Source: a virus
Taxonomy: Duplodnaviria > Caudoviricetes
Virus record (IMG/VR): IMGVR_UViG_3300036784_000166
Coordinates: 1-35,395 of that record
DNA: 35,395 bases
Direction: 5' to 3' (one strand)
Shown here: piece by piece, positions 25,590 to 34,162 of the stretch
Numbering within the stretch: position 1 is the stretch's first letter
Layout: every line of letters starts with the position of its first letter
The notes under the pieces: generated by a model
What the model saw: only the letters and a program-made list of their open reading frames with translations
The model's database searches: none
What the model was told of the DNA's origin: nothing
Translations under genes and position numbers: made by a program

Positions 25590-25660
25590 TTAAGACACTC
25601 CTAGTACTTCTGGACTAGGATGCCTCGCTGTGGGAGGGACACTCCGGTGGGCGATTTGAG

Positions 25661-26428
25661 CTAGGTTGCGGTCGCGGGACTCGCGGCAGCTACCTGCGTG
25701 ACCGAAGGACTTTCGGTGCGATCCTGACGCGCGGATTCTGAACCCGAGACACCTACCGTGTCAAGCACTTTATTCTTGTTATACAATTTCTCGGCCCACG
25801 GGAACATGGAGCTGAGTTCAACGGAATGGTAATGACCCACGACAACCGAGGGATTGCCATAAATTTTGAATCCCAGCTCGCGAGCCTCTAGGCAAAACGG
25901 GATATCCTCAGTCGCAGCGAGGCCCTGATCCTCGTTCCACTGATATTTGAAATAGGGATAGGGCATCCCTTGGAATACGCGCGGGCGAATAAAGATCGCG
26001 CCGGTGCCAGCTTTGGTAAGCTCTTTGAATCCGGGAGGTAAGTGCGCCGGTCCCGCGCCAGTCGGGGCATCATCCCAACCCCAGCAAAGCGTACATTTCA
26101 GTTCGGCCTGCGACCAGATATAGAACGCCGGCACCACAATATCCGCATCCTCGGGCGCATCCTTGAGCGTGTCTAAAAAGTTGTCAGGGACCACCATGTC
26201 GTTGTCGATCATGCAAATCCAGTCCAGGCCCCGGTCCTTGTAGTTCCGGCAAAAGATGTTCCGGCCCGAGGCCGCTGGAATGAAATTCGCGATCCCCACT
26301 ACGGGATACGCGCCGCCGATCCGCATGGGCATTTCGGCAAAGAATTGCGTGATCGAAGGATGGTGCCAGCCGTTCCGCTCGTAAGTGCTCAAGATTCCGA
26401 ATATGAGTTTTGTAGGTTCACCGGGCAT
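25661..26428 (-). CDS. GT-A fold glycosyltransferase (GT2-like)
   Basis: GRN, CMIDND (DxD), GTGAIFI, TEDIPFC and GFKIY...VGH motifs. Confidence 0.85.
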   Translation of the reverse strand: MPGEPTKLIFGILSTYERNGWHHPSITQFFAEMPMRIGGAYPVVGIANFIPAASGRNIFCRNYKDRGLDWICMIDNDMVVPDNFLDTLKDAPEDADIVVPAFYIWSQAELKCTLCWGWDDAPTGAGPAHLPPGFKELTKAGTGAIFIRPRVFQGMPYPYFKYQWNEDQGLAATEDIPFCLEARELGFKIYGNPSVVVGHYHSVELSSMFPWAEKLYNKNKVLDTVGVSGSESARQDRTESPSVTQVAAASPATAT

Positions 26429-26552
26429 AAGTCTGAGCCATTTCCTTTAGACGCTGGATGTATTGACGCGATATTTCTAAGAGGCGCTGTTCGAGCCGTT
26501 CCAGGTCCTTCGTGACCCGTTTTACCTCCGCGACGCGCTGGGCCTTGGTCAA
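26418..26552 (-). CDS. 44-aa coiled-coil peptide (not in ORF track)
   Basis: TTG start; (M)TKAQRVAEVKRVTKDLERLEQRLLEISRQYIQRLKEMAQTYAR exactly fills the gap. Confidence 0.45.
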   Translation of the reverse strand: MTKAQRVAEVKRVTKDLERLEQRLLEISRQYIQRLKEMAQTYAR

Positions 26553-26555
26553 TTT

Positions 26556-27170
26556 TTAGACATCGGCTAAAATCGGCTCCGTTTCTCCAATCAGTTCAAA
26601 CGAATCCATGCCATTTACATTCGACCGGATCACTCCGTACCCGCCCGGCATGGGGATTTCCGCCTCCTCGGGCAGTGCTCCGTTGTAATCGATATCAAGT
26701 TCAGCGGGGATGCGCCCGTGGGTTAGGAATATCGTTGGACGAAACGCGCGCACCTCGCGGGCAAGCTCAATTTTAGGATCGAAGAAAGCAAAAAACCTGC
26801 GCCGGAAATTCGTCCTCGTTTCACCGTTCGGCGCTGGCATGCTCGGATTTTCATACCAGCGCCGAACACTTTCTACGACCTCTTTTTCCGGCTTGCCGCC
26901 CAAGGAACCCATGTCAGCGGTGCGTAAGGCGAAATCAGTTTCGTATGGGATGTTACCGAGGATTTCGGCCATGAGAAACGCACCCTCCGAATCGCGTGAA
27001 AGGTCGGAGGAATAGATCATCTTGGGCGCGTAAATCTTGAGCTTGTTCGCCGTGAGCTGAATGTCCGCGCGACCATCATCCGTGAGAGGAACATCCTCCC
27101 ACGCGCGCATCTTGGGATTCGCGGGATCGTTGAACGCCGTGCGACCGTGGCGCACTACGATGGCAAGCAC
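26556..27170 (-). CDS. Histidine phosphatase (phosphoglycerate mutase family)
   Basis: VVRHGRT, PLTDDG, SSDLSR, GET and LTHG motifs; start GTG 27170 or ATG 27203. Confidence 0.88.
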   Translation of the reverse strand: MLAIVVRHGRTAFNDPANPKMRAWEDVPLTDDGRADIQLTANKLKIYAPKMIYSSDLSRDSEGAFLMAEILGNIPYETDFALRTADMGSLGGKPEKEVVESVRRWYENPSMPAPNGETRTNFRRRFFAFFDPKIELAREVRAFRPTIFLTHGRIPAELDIDYNGALPEEAEIPMPGGYGVIRSNVNGMDSFELIGETEPILADV

Positions 27171-27640
27171 TCGACTAGTGGATGATAATGCAGTGTCTTG
27201 CATGTGATCGTGTCGTAGCCTGCCAAGCGATACGCTTCCGAATGCGCCCAGTCCCACAGTCCATCTGCCTCCTGGCTGCCTTTTGGTTCCGGCCATTTCT
27301 GGACGAGGCCCTTGCGGCAAAGCGCCGGAACGGCACCGTAAAAAGCACATCCCTTGAGCGTGGCACGAATGAGGCCAGCCTTGGGATAGTCCTTGAGCGC
27401 TCGATCCGCCCGCTCGGCGAAATCCTCGTCGGCAGGACCGCAACCAAGCTCGGACAGGACATACGTCGCGCGCGAAATATTTTCCGCCGCGACACGTCGT
27501 TCGATTTCGAATTTCCTGGCCGTCGTGGCCACAACTTCAATCGCGACAGGTTCCAGGCCGTCGATGTCCCACGCTTCAAGGGTCATTTCAAGCATGTCCA
27601 CTGGCGATTGTGGGCCGTAAGCGATGAACACCTCGATCAT
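27155..27640 (-). CDS. Hypothetical protein, possibly a degenerate GT-A fold
   Basis: 161 aa; layout resembles a GT2 domain but DxD is absent. Confidence 0.5.
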   Translation of the reverse strand: MIEVFIAYGPQSPVDMLEMTLEAWDIDGLEPVAIEVVATTARKFEIERRVAAENISRATYVLSELGCGPADEDFAERADRALKDYPKAGLIRATLKGCAFYGAVPALCRKGLVQKWPEPKGSQEADGLWDWAHSEAYRLAGYDTITCKTLHYHPLVECLPS

Positions 27641-28356
27641 CCGAAAGCGCCTTTGGAGCGCAGGTACTTTTCAAAATCGTCCATTGACATCTTACCGGCC
27701 ACAACGTCTTGCTCGATCCGGCTCGTTTCTGAATCCACGATACCCGAACCGCCGCCGCCTGGCGAGGGAGGGACCTCCTCACGCTCGGGCTCGGGCTCGA
27801 CCGGCGAAATCGAATCGGCTTGGACGCAGTTCTGCCAAGCGAGATCAATCGTATCCTTCGTGACGGGATGCCCCATTTGCTGCAACCGCACGACCTCGTT
27901 CGTCAGCGTTTGCGCGGCTTCCATGCTCCCCTTTGGAAAATCGGGGTGCGAGTTGATAAAGAACGCCGCGAGCGCATCCTGTTGGAGCGCTGAAATCGTG
28001 GCCTGCGCTTGCTGAAAATATTGCGGCACCTGATTCGGATCGGGGATGCCGAGGTCGTAAGCAAGGAGATAGCGATTCGCCTGGATGGGGTCCTCGCCCA
28101 CAAGCCGGTAGTACCGATCTTTATCGAATGCGCCCTCGGGCGGCGCGGCAGGGCGATTGCGTTGCTGTATTTCCGCCTGGATCACATTGAGCCGCTGTTC
28201 CATTTCCTCGCGGCGCGCACGCTCCTCTTTGAGCGCCGTGGCCGTATCCTCCTTCATTTTGGCAACCGTTTTGAATGCCTCGTCGATGTTTTCCGCTTTG
28301 ACCTTACTGCCATCCGCGAGCGTGTATTCAAATCCCGGTGTTGGTGTTCCGCCCAT
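27637..28356 (-). CDS. Putative capsid scaffolding protein
   Basis: Coiled coil plus short C-terminal helix (MSMDDFEKYL); between portal and MCP. Confidence 0.7.
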   Translation of the reverse strand: MGGTPTPGFEYTLADGSKVKAENIDEAFKTVAKMKEDTATALKEERARREEMEQRLNVIQAEIQQRNRPAAPPEGAFDKDRYYRLVGEDPIQANRYLLAYDLGIPDPNQVPQYFQQAQATISALQQDALAAFFINSHPDFPKGSMEAAQTLTNEVVRLQQMGHPVTKDTIDLAWQNCVQADSISPVEPEPEREEVPPSPGGGGSGIVDSETSRIEQDVVAGKMSMDDFEKYLRSKGAFG

Positions 28357-28721
28357 TACGATACCCCTTTGGTTTCCTTGAATTCCGCGATGATCCGGTC
28401 GCGTTCTTTCTGTGTGGCCTCAATCCAACCGAGTAGGTTGTCCACGAGTTCGCGTTTCGCGTCCCACCGAATCACGTAAGGCGTCATCCGCTCGGGTTCG
28501 AATTTGAATTTGACCGCTTCATCGAGCGTGATAACGACCGACGTGCCAAGATGGGCCACGATCTTTTCCCACACCGGAATCGCTTGGAGCCGATCAAACT
28601 CCCCTGCGAGATCGATCACCTCTTTCATTTGGTCGAGCGTGCTCGGTTGCCCCGGATCGGCGGCTGGCCGAACCCTGGAAACGAGCGCCCGGATATACGC
28701 TTTAAGCGGCTGCACCCTCAT
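28356..28721 (-). CDS. Small helical protein downstream of portal
   Basis: 121 aa; usual podophage position after portal. Confidence 0.65.
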   Translation of the reverse strand: MRVQPLKAYIRALVSRVRPAADPGQPSTLDQMKEVIDLAGEFDRLQAIPVWEKIVAHLGTSVVITLDEAVKFKFEPERMTPYVIRWDAKRELVDNLLGWIEATQKERDRIIAEFKETKGVS

Positions 28722-30789
28722 CCTCGTCCGGTTCCTGTTGCTGGTCCTGTTGCTGCATCATGTGATCCGATAAGAGGCCCGAGATGTGCTGTAAATTCTT
28801 GTCGTCGAGTTCGGCCATCTTGCCCGCGTGACTAAAAATGACCTGGAGTAACGTATTGATGAGCTTGGTCATGTTGGCCTGTTGGTGCTTGCCTTGGTCG
28901 GCCTGGAGCTGTTGCTGTTGCATCGCCATCTTGGCCTTGACCTCGGCGGGCGGCGATTGCTGCGCCTGGACCTGGTCGGGCGTCATGTCGATCAAGAGCG
29001 GATCGCGCGGACGGTAGCCAAGCGAATCCCAAATCATCGATTGGAACACTTCGACCGACATGGTTTTCTTTTGTTGCTGGCCGAGGAGCTGGAGCATTTC
29101 AGGATTGAAAATCGTTTGCGCAATCGTCGGAAAGAGCTGTAAGAATCCACCACGCGCCTGCGCCCGGATCGCGCCCCAGCATTCAGCGTAAACGACGGCG
29201 TTCATCACATCCTCAGGCTTTTTCTGGCCGAGCGTTTTGTGCAGGCGAATCCAGGCCGAGGCTTGTTTCAAATCGCCGAACTTTTTATTCAAGAGGATGA
29301 ACGTGTTCAGGATCGGCTCGATGACCTGGTCCTCCGCGTTCTGGATGTAATAGCTCGTGCGGTCCTGGGTCGCTCCGACTTGCGTGTTGATGCCTGCGGC
29401 AGTGCGGTTAGCAGAATTGCCGCCGCTCGACGGACTACCGAGTGCAGCAAGGTCAGACATGCCCGTAATTCGTTGCACGCGGCGTTCGCTCGCCTCAACT
29501 TCGATGAAAGCTTGCTGGGTGATGTTTTCCGTTTCGAGCTGCTTGATATCGCCATCGGGGTTTTCCACCTCGATCACGACGCCAGGCCGCACCTTGAGCT
29601 GGTAAGGCGGGATGGTTACGCCGCGCCGCTTAATCATGGGTCGATGAATCGAGAGGGCGAGTTCATCGACCCGTCCATTGATGATCGCTTGCTGGAGCCG
29701 CTGCTCGCCTTCTCCGACATCGGTGATGGCCAGGGCATGCCAGCGATCCAGAACGTCAGCATAGGACATCGAATAGAAATTGATCGCGCGGTACTTATTC
29801 GGCTGGTTGTAGGCGATCCATTCACGATTGAGGCAAACGATCTTGCGATCCGCCGTCGTGTACCAAATCACTTCCAGCCGCTTCTGGCCGGGATCGGCGG
29901 AATAATCCTGCGCGGGATTCCACATGTTGTAGCGGAACAGTTCCGCCGAGAGCTTGGTCACATCCTGATTCGAGGTCGTTTTCGATTTCGAATAGAGCGC
30001 GAGCGTTCGATCATCCGGGATTTTGAAATCCTTCATCTTCGCCCACGCCTTGACCTCCTCAGCGCGCATGTACGTGCGCAGGATGAAATACCCGCCCTTT
30101 TGGAGCGAAGTCGATTCGCAGTTGGGATCGACGTACGAATCGATGATCGAGCGGTAGCGCAGGTACGGACGGCGCTTCATTTCCCGCTGGATCGAGCGCT
30201 TGTAATTGAAATCGAGTTCCGTGGGCATCGACATCGGCCCAACGATGGGATGGTAAATTTGCTGGACGTTCTTGACCGACCTTGTTTCCTTGATCGTGAT
30301 CGTCTCGTCCTCGTAGTCCTCCATCCCCCATTCGAGGATGCCATTGCCGTACACGAGCGAGGATTTCGCGCACAGGCGGATTTGCTCCCGATACTTCGCC
30401 TCCTTGAGCTGCTTGATAATCAGTTCTTTCCAGAGCTGCGCGTTGTCGGGATCCTCGGCGTAAAACTCGTACGTGTCGGGATCGCAAATCGCCCGCACAA
30501 TTTTCGGCAGCATCGATTCGATCTGCTCGAACGTGACGTAAATTCCGAGCGAGGACCTGGGAACTCTCGTTCCATCCCAATACCTCTGGCCCGCCCAGGC
30601 CAAATATAATTCCATCGCATTACGATATCTCCAATCGTGAGCGTGAGTTCGGTATGCCTCGGCGTAGGCAAAGTCCGAGCGCACGATCCGCAAGGCATTC
30701 GCCTCGGTCCAGTCGATCCCGATCTTGAGTTGCTGCGTTGACGGCAGCGGCTCGGGAACCGGGACAGCACCTTGATCGCCGTAGCTCAA
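28702..30789 (-). CDS. Portal protein (P22-like)
   Basis: 695 aa; YGNG, YVDP, RPG, ITG and TAAG motifs; Q-rich C-terminal barrel. Confidence 0.9.
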   Translation of the reverse strand: MSYGDQGAVPVPEPLPSTQQLKIGIDWTEANALRIVRSDFAYAEAYRTHAHDWRYRNAMELYLAWAGQRYWDGTRVPRSSLGIYVTFEQIESMLPKIVRAICDPDTYEFYAEDPDNAQLWKELIIKQLKEAKYREQIRLCAKSSLVYGNGILEWGMEDYEDETITIKETRSVKNVQQIYHPIVGPMSMPTELDFNYKRSIQREMKRRPYLRYRSIIDSYVDPNCESTSLQKGGYFILRTYMRAEEVKAWAKMKDFKIPDDRTLALYSKSKTTSNQDVTKLSAELFRYNMWNPAQDYSADPGQKRLEVIWYTTADRKIVCLNREWIAYNQPNKYRAINFYSMSYADVLDRWHALAITDVGEGEQRLQQAIINGRVDELALSIHRPMIKRRGVTIPPYQLKVRPGVVIEVENPDGDIKQLETENITQQAFIEVEASERRVQRITGMSDLAALGSPSSGGNSANRTAAGINTQVGATQDRTSYYIQNAEDQVIEPILNTFILLNKKFGDLKQASAWIRLHKTLGQKKPEDVMNAVVYAECWGAIRAQARGGFLQLFPTIAQTIFNPEMLQLLGQQQKKTMSVEVFQSMIWDSLGYRPRDPLLIDMTPDQVQAQQSPPAEVKAKMAMQQQQLQADQGKHQQANMTKLINTLLQVIFSHAGKMAELDDKNLQHISGLLSDHMMQQQDQQQEPDEDEGAAA

Positions 30790-31217
30790 GCGGCCACCTT
30801 CAATTCTTTAATTAGCCGCACAAGACGCAGCCGTTCTTCCATTGCGGCACCAGTAATGCGCCGCCCCATCCGATTCGCATTGATTAATTTTCGCATCTGC
30901 TGAAAAACAATTGCCTGCGGCTTTTTGATCCGCAGGAACGGCAAAATCAGGCGCGTCATCCGATCAGCTTCCGCGCCGTAAATAGTCCACATCCAAACAG
31001 GTTGCCAACCCTTACCGTGAGTTTTCGAGGGATATACCCTGCCGCCGAAAAGCCGCTGCAAATCCAGAAGTACCGGCTGTGTGGATTGAGACAAGGTGAA
31101 AGTACATGGGAAGCATTCGCGATTCCCGCCTCCACGGCGATGACCAAGGTAAAAGCAGCCTTCGCCATCAATGAATCCAGCGGCGTATGCCAGATCGGTT
31201 TTAAGCCACGCTTTCAT
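30786..31217 (-). CDS. Free-standing LAGLIDADG homing endonuclease
   Basis: LAYAAGFIDGEG, FGG and LPFLRIKKPQA; 4-nt overlaps with both neighbours. Confidence 0.92.
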   Translation of the reverse strand: MKAWLKTDLAYAAGFIDGEGCFYLGHRRGGGNRECFPCTFTLSQSTQPVLLDLQRLFGGRVYPSKTHGKGWQPVWMWTIYGAEADRMTRLILPFLRIKKPQAIVFQQMRKLINANRMGRRITGAAMEERLRLVRLIKELKVAA

Positions 31218-32893
31218 AAGACTCCGGTAGGCGCGTCCAATGCCTTTCCCTCATTGCCATAAAGCCATTCTTCCTGACCGTTTTCGCTAAATCCCATGAA
31301 TCTATCGCGCGGTTTTTCGCGCCCGAAAAGATCACGAGAATCGAAAAATGGACTCGATACAACGTCGTCGTTTACACCGCCCTCTTGGTTGGTCATCGCA
31401 TCAGCGCAGGTGTCAAGAAAATCATCGTGAACGCCGCTGCTTTGAGATGGGAATTGCATAATTTCCAGAATGATGTCTGTTTTACAGCCGAGATCGTCGG
31501 AAAATCGAATGACGCCATTACGAAACCAGGGTTGTAATCCGCGAATGCGCTGCTGTTTTGAAACGTGCGTATTTCTAGGAATCGCGACCATCGTGGGGAA
31601 GCGACCGCGCTTCGATGCCTCGCGCTGGAAAAATGGGAGCAAGACGCGCGCGTGCGCGTCTTTTTCCACCTTAAAATCGACAGGTCGCCATCGCGAATGG
31701 ATGTCAAAAATATGGTCGATTACTTGGAAGGGAGTGAATCGTCCACGCCGAACATCCACAATATAAAGTCTGCCATCCCGGTCGAATCCGTGAACGTTAA
31801 GTACGGTGAAGTCGTTGTCGTTCTTTGCCGGTTCCATTCCATGCAGGTCCACAGTGCAATGAATACGGAGTGTGGGCACGATGTTCGATATAATTCTTCG
31901 GGGAAGGAACACAATGTCTTTCGGATCACACAATCCTCCCTCGGGCGGAATTGGGGCATTACGATATTGACAACTATAGATATAGCTCCCAACTTCTTTC
32001 TCAATCCGATCTAGTTCGGTCTTAGGGAATCGGGCAGGCCAGACGGATTCTTCTCCGGTACGAGGACGTACGACCGTTCGATAAGTTCCTGAATCGAGCA
32101 ATCGTCCGTACAGATCGCCAAAGTCGTACCGCGTTCCTTCAACATCAATCCATCCGTTATGAGGAGGTATTTCCGACCGTTCAAGTAAAGGGTTGAGGTA
32201 GCCAAAATGTCCGATGACATCAGCAATTTGGCCAGGAGTCTTGACATTTTCCTTATCAACCAGGTCCGAATTTTTGATGACCTCATAGTGCGCCCCCGCG
32301 ATCACCTTACCGACCGAGCACGTTGACACGGTCGGTTCCTTCCAGTGTTTCGAACGGTTCGGGACGGTGAACTCCTCTTGGCTCCCGAAATCCGCCGCCT
32401 TTTTCGCGGGCGGGCAGAACTCTGGAAAGTAGTAACGGAACTCGTGATTGAATTGGAAATGGCCCTTGATTTCGCAAAGCATCTTTTTCGTTTGATCGCC
32501 GGTCGCGGTCGAAATCAAAATGCGGATGTTCGGGTAGTTGATGATCCATTGGATCGCGTGCGCGATGGTGATGATCGAAGTCTTGAGATGGCCGCGCGGA
32601 TAGAGAATGAGCGTGTTGCGCGGCCCGGTCAGCCGCCACAATTCCACGGCGGGCGTGTACGTGACGATGCCGCGTTCGTCGATGGCGTCCACGCCGCCCT
32701 GGAAGCGCTGCAAGTTTTCGATGATGTTCCAATGCACCTCCTCGCACACGTCCTTGTAGCCGAGGAGTTTCGTGCAAAGGAACAGCAACGAACGCCTGGC
32801 CGCGTTGCGCGCACCCTTGAAAATATCGAGCCGAGCCTTGAACTCCTCGGGATCGATTTGCGTTTTTAGACCGGCTCCCATAAGTTGCAACAC
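31214..32893 (-). CDS. terL: Terminase large subunit
   Basis: Walker A PRGHLKTS, GTRY coupling motif, RNase H-like TVD...DFT and HDDFLD motifs; alternative start ATG 32881. Confidence 0.92.
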   Translation of the reverse strand: MLQLMGAGLKTQIDPEEFKARLDIFKGARNAARRSLLFLCTKLLGYKDVCEEVHWNIIENLQRFQGGVDAIDERGIVTYTPAVELWRLTGPRNTLILYPRGHLKTSIITIAHAIQWIINYPNIRILISTATGDQTKKMLCEIKGHFQFNHEFRYYFPEFCPPAKKAADFGSQEEFTVPNRSKHWKEPTVSTCSVGKVIAGAHYEVIKNSDLVDKENVKTPGQIADVIGHFGYLNPLLERSEIPPHNGWIDVEGTRYDFGDLYGRLLDSGTYRTVVRPRTGEESVWPARFPKTELDRIEKEVGSYIYSCQYRNAPIPPEGGLCDPKDIVFLPRRIISNIVPTLRIHCTVDLHGMEPAKNDNDFTVLNVHGFDRDGRLYIVDVRRGRFTPFQVIDHIFDIHSRWRPVDFKVEKDAHARVLLPFFQREASKRGRFPTMVAIPRNTHVSKQQRIRGLQPWFRNGVIRFSDDLGCKTDIILEIMQFPSQSSGVHDDFLDTCADAMTNQEGGVNDDVVSSPFFDSRDLFGREKPRDRFMGFSENGQEEWLYGNEGKALDAPTGVL

Positions 32894-33234
32894 GCTCGCC
32901 CATCAACCGGACCCATCACCTTCTTGCACGGGCTTGTGCCATACACCTTTCGGATCATCATTTCGTCACACGATCCGCAATGCGTCGGCCCGTCCTCGGA
33001 ATAACCCGCTTCACCTTGCGTCACTTTGCGTGACGGGCCATTCAGGATCAGGTTCCCAACCGGCGTTCCGTTTACGTACAAGCCGCAAATCCCACGCGGC
33101 CCGTTGATTTTTCCTTCGACCTCGATACAGGCGCGGTTAGGTCGATTGAATTTCCAGCAAATGTCGCAGCGCGCTCCATCGGGCGATCCAATTGATTCTG
33201 GCGAGTAATAAAGCGCGACAGCTTTCTGGATCAT
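32866..33234 (-). CDS. Protein with two HiPIP-like four-Cys repeats
   Basis: CDIC-x9-C-x13-C and CGSC-x13-C-x11-CC units. Confidence 0.6.
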   Translation of the reverse strand: MIQKAVALYYSPESIGSPDGARCDICWKFNRPNRACIEVEGKINGPRGICGLYVNGTPVGNLILNGPSRKVTQGEAGYSEDGPTHCGSCDEMMIRKVYGTSPCKKVMGPVDGRACCNLWEPV

Positions 33235-33241
33235 TCACGCC

Positions 33242-34162
33242 TCAATTCACAATGAGATAGCTGACACAGGCTGGGTTTGCGGCCAGCGTGGCATTGATTT
33301 GAATCGTGAAGCTCGTTGCCACACTCCGGGCAGTTACAACAGGCTGCACGAGTGTCGAAAGCGTCGTGTTGCAGGTAGCGCTCAACTTCGCGCCCAGGCT
33401 TTCATCAATCGTGAGGAGGATTTGACTCAGCGACGTAACTGCCGTGGTGTTGATTTGCAGCGTCGGTGTCGCTCCGGTCGGAACTGCCACACTGCCAGCC
33501 CGCGCCGAACCACACACGGCTGGCGATGCGCTCGATGAACAGTTCGTGGCCGAGGTCAGGCTATCCGCCCAGCTCGTTGTGCAATTGCCGCCCGAGGGCG
33601 CAGTGGAACGCAAAAATTGGCTTGCTGCCGGATTCGCCGAAGGCAGGAATACTGTACAAGCACTCGTACCGGCGGAAGGATCAATGGCAATCACGGCTGT
33701 TTGACCTGTGGAATTCGAGTACTGTGTTTTCCCTGGCGTCTGGATCGCATTGGCATTGCCGCTACGCACTTCAATTCGCGGGTTGGACACATCAATTTCA
33801 ACTTCATTACTCGCTCCATCGGACATATCCAGGATGCAGCCTGGATCAATGCAATCGATTTCGCCCATCGTGCCGATCCATGCCGAATTACCCGTGATCG
33901 TCGATGCCCCCGTAAAAACGGCAAGATGCCCGCTTGCCGGACTCCCGGTCGTCGTCACTGTTCCCGCGACACTGCCAAACACAGACCAGACGTTCGGCGC
34001 GGAACAAAATTTCATTAGCATCGTCATCGTATTGAAGTACTGGAGGCCGCGATTCGAATCGCACGTCGCGGGATCGGCAACAAAGCTCGGAACGTGGAGC
34101 TGCGCGCGGGCCTTGGTCGCGAAACACAAAAGAAATGCCAGAAGTAACAGAAACCGTTTCAT
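33242..34162 (-). CDS. Signal-peptide-bearing, Cys/Thr/Ser-rich fibre-like protein
   Basis: MKRFLLLLAFLLCFATKARA|Q Sec-type signal; GTVTTTGSPASGHLAVFTG fibre-like segment. Confidence 0.7.
   Translation of the reverse strand: MKRFLLLLAFLLCFATKARAQLHVPSFVADPATCDSNRGLQYFNTMTMLMKFCSAPNVWSVFGSVAGTVTTTGSPASGHLAVFTGASTITGNSAWIGTMGEIDCIDPGCILDMSDGASNEVEIDVSNPRIEVRSGNANAIQTPGKTQYSNSTGQTAVIAIDPSAGTSACTVFLPSANPAASQFLRSTAPSGGNCTTSWADSLTSATNCSSSASPAVCGSARAGSVAVPTGATPTLQINTTAVTSLSQILLTIDESLGAKLSATCNTTLSTLVQPVVTARSVATSFTIQINATLAANPACVSYLIVN

Noticed and set aside
26545-26565. Frameshift or readthrough at ATGTCTAAAAATTG linking to the 44-aa peptide
   Set aside because: A TTG start explains the ORF; an A5 run alone is too weak as evidence
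26556-27443. 295-aa version of the histidine phosphatase
   Set aside because: The first ~90 codons overlap gene 27155..27640, and the RHG motif is normally near the N-terminus
29239-30609. 456-aa + strand ORF (also 4517..5389, 13410..14315, 22256..23242, 27182..28015)
   Set aside because: Antisense shadows of well-supported GC3-rich genes; no motifs or SD
30786-31217. Second group I intron around the terL-portal LAGLIDADG
   Set aside because: No room for or trace of P/Q/R/S elements; terL and portal both look complete and overlap the ORF by 4 nt
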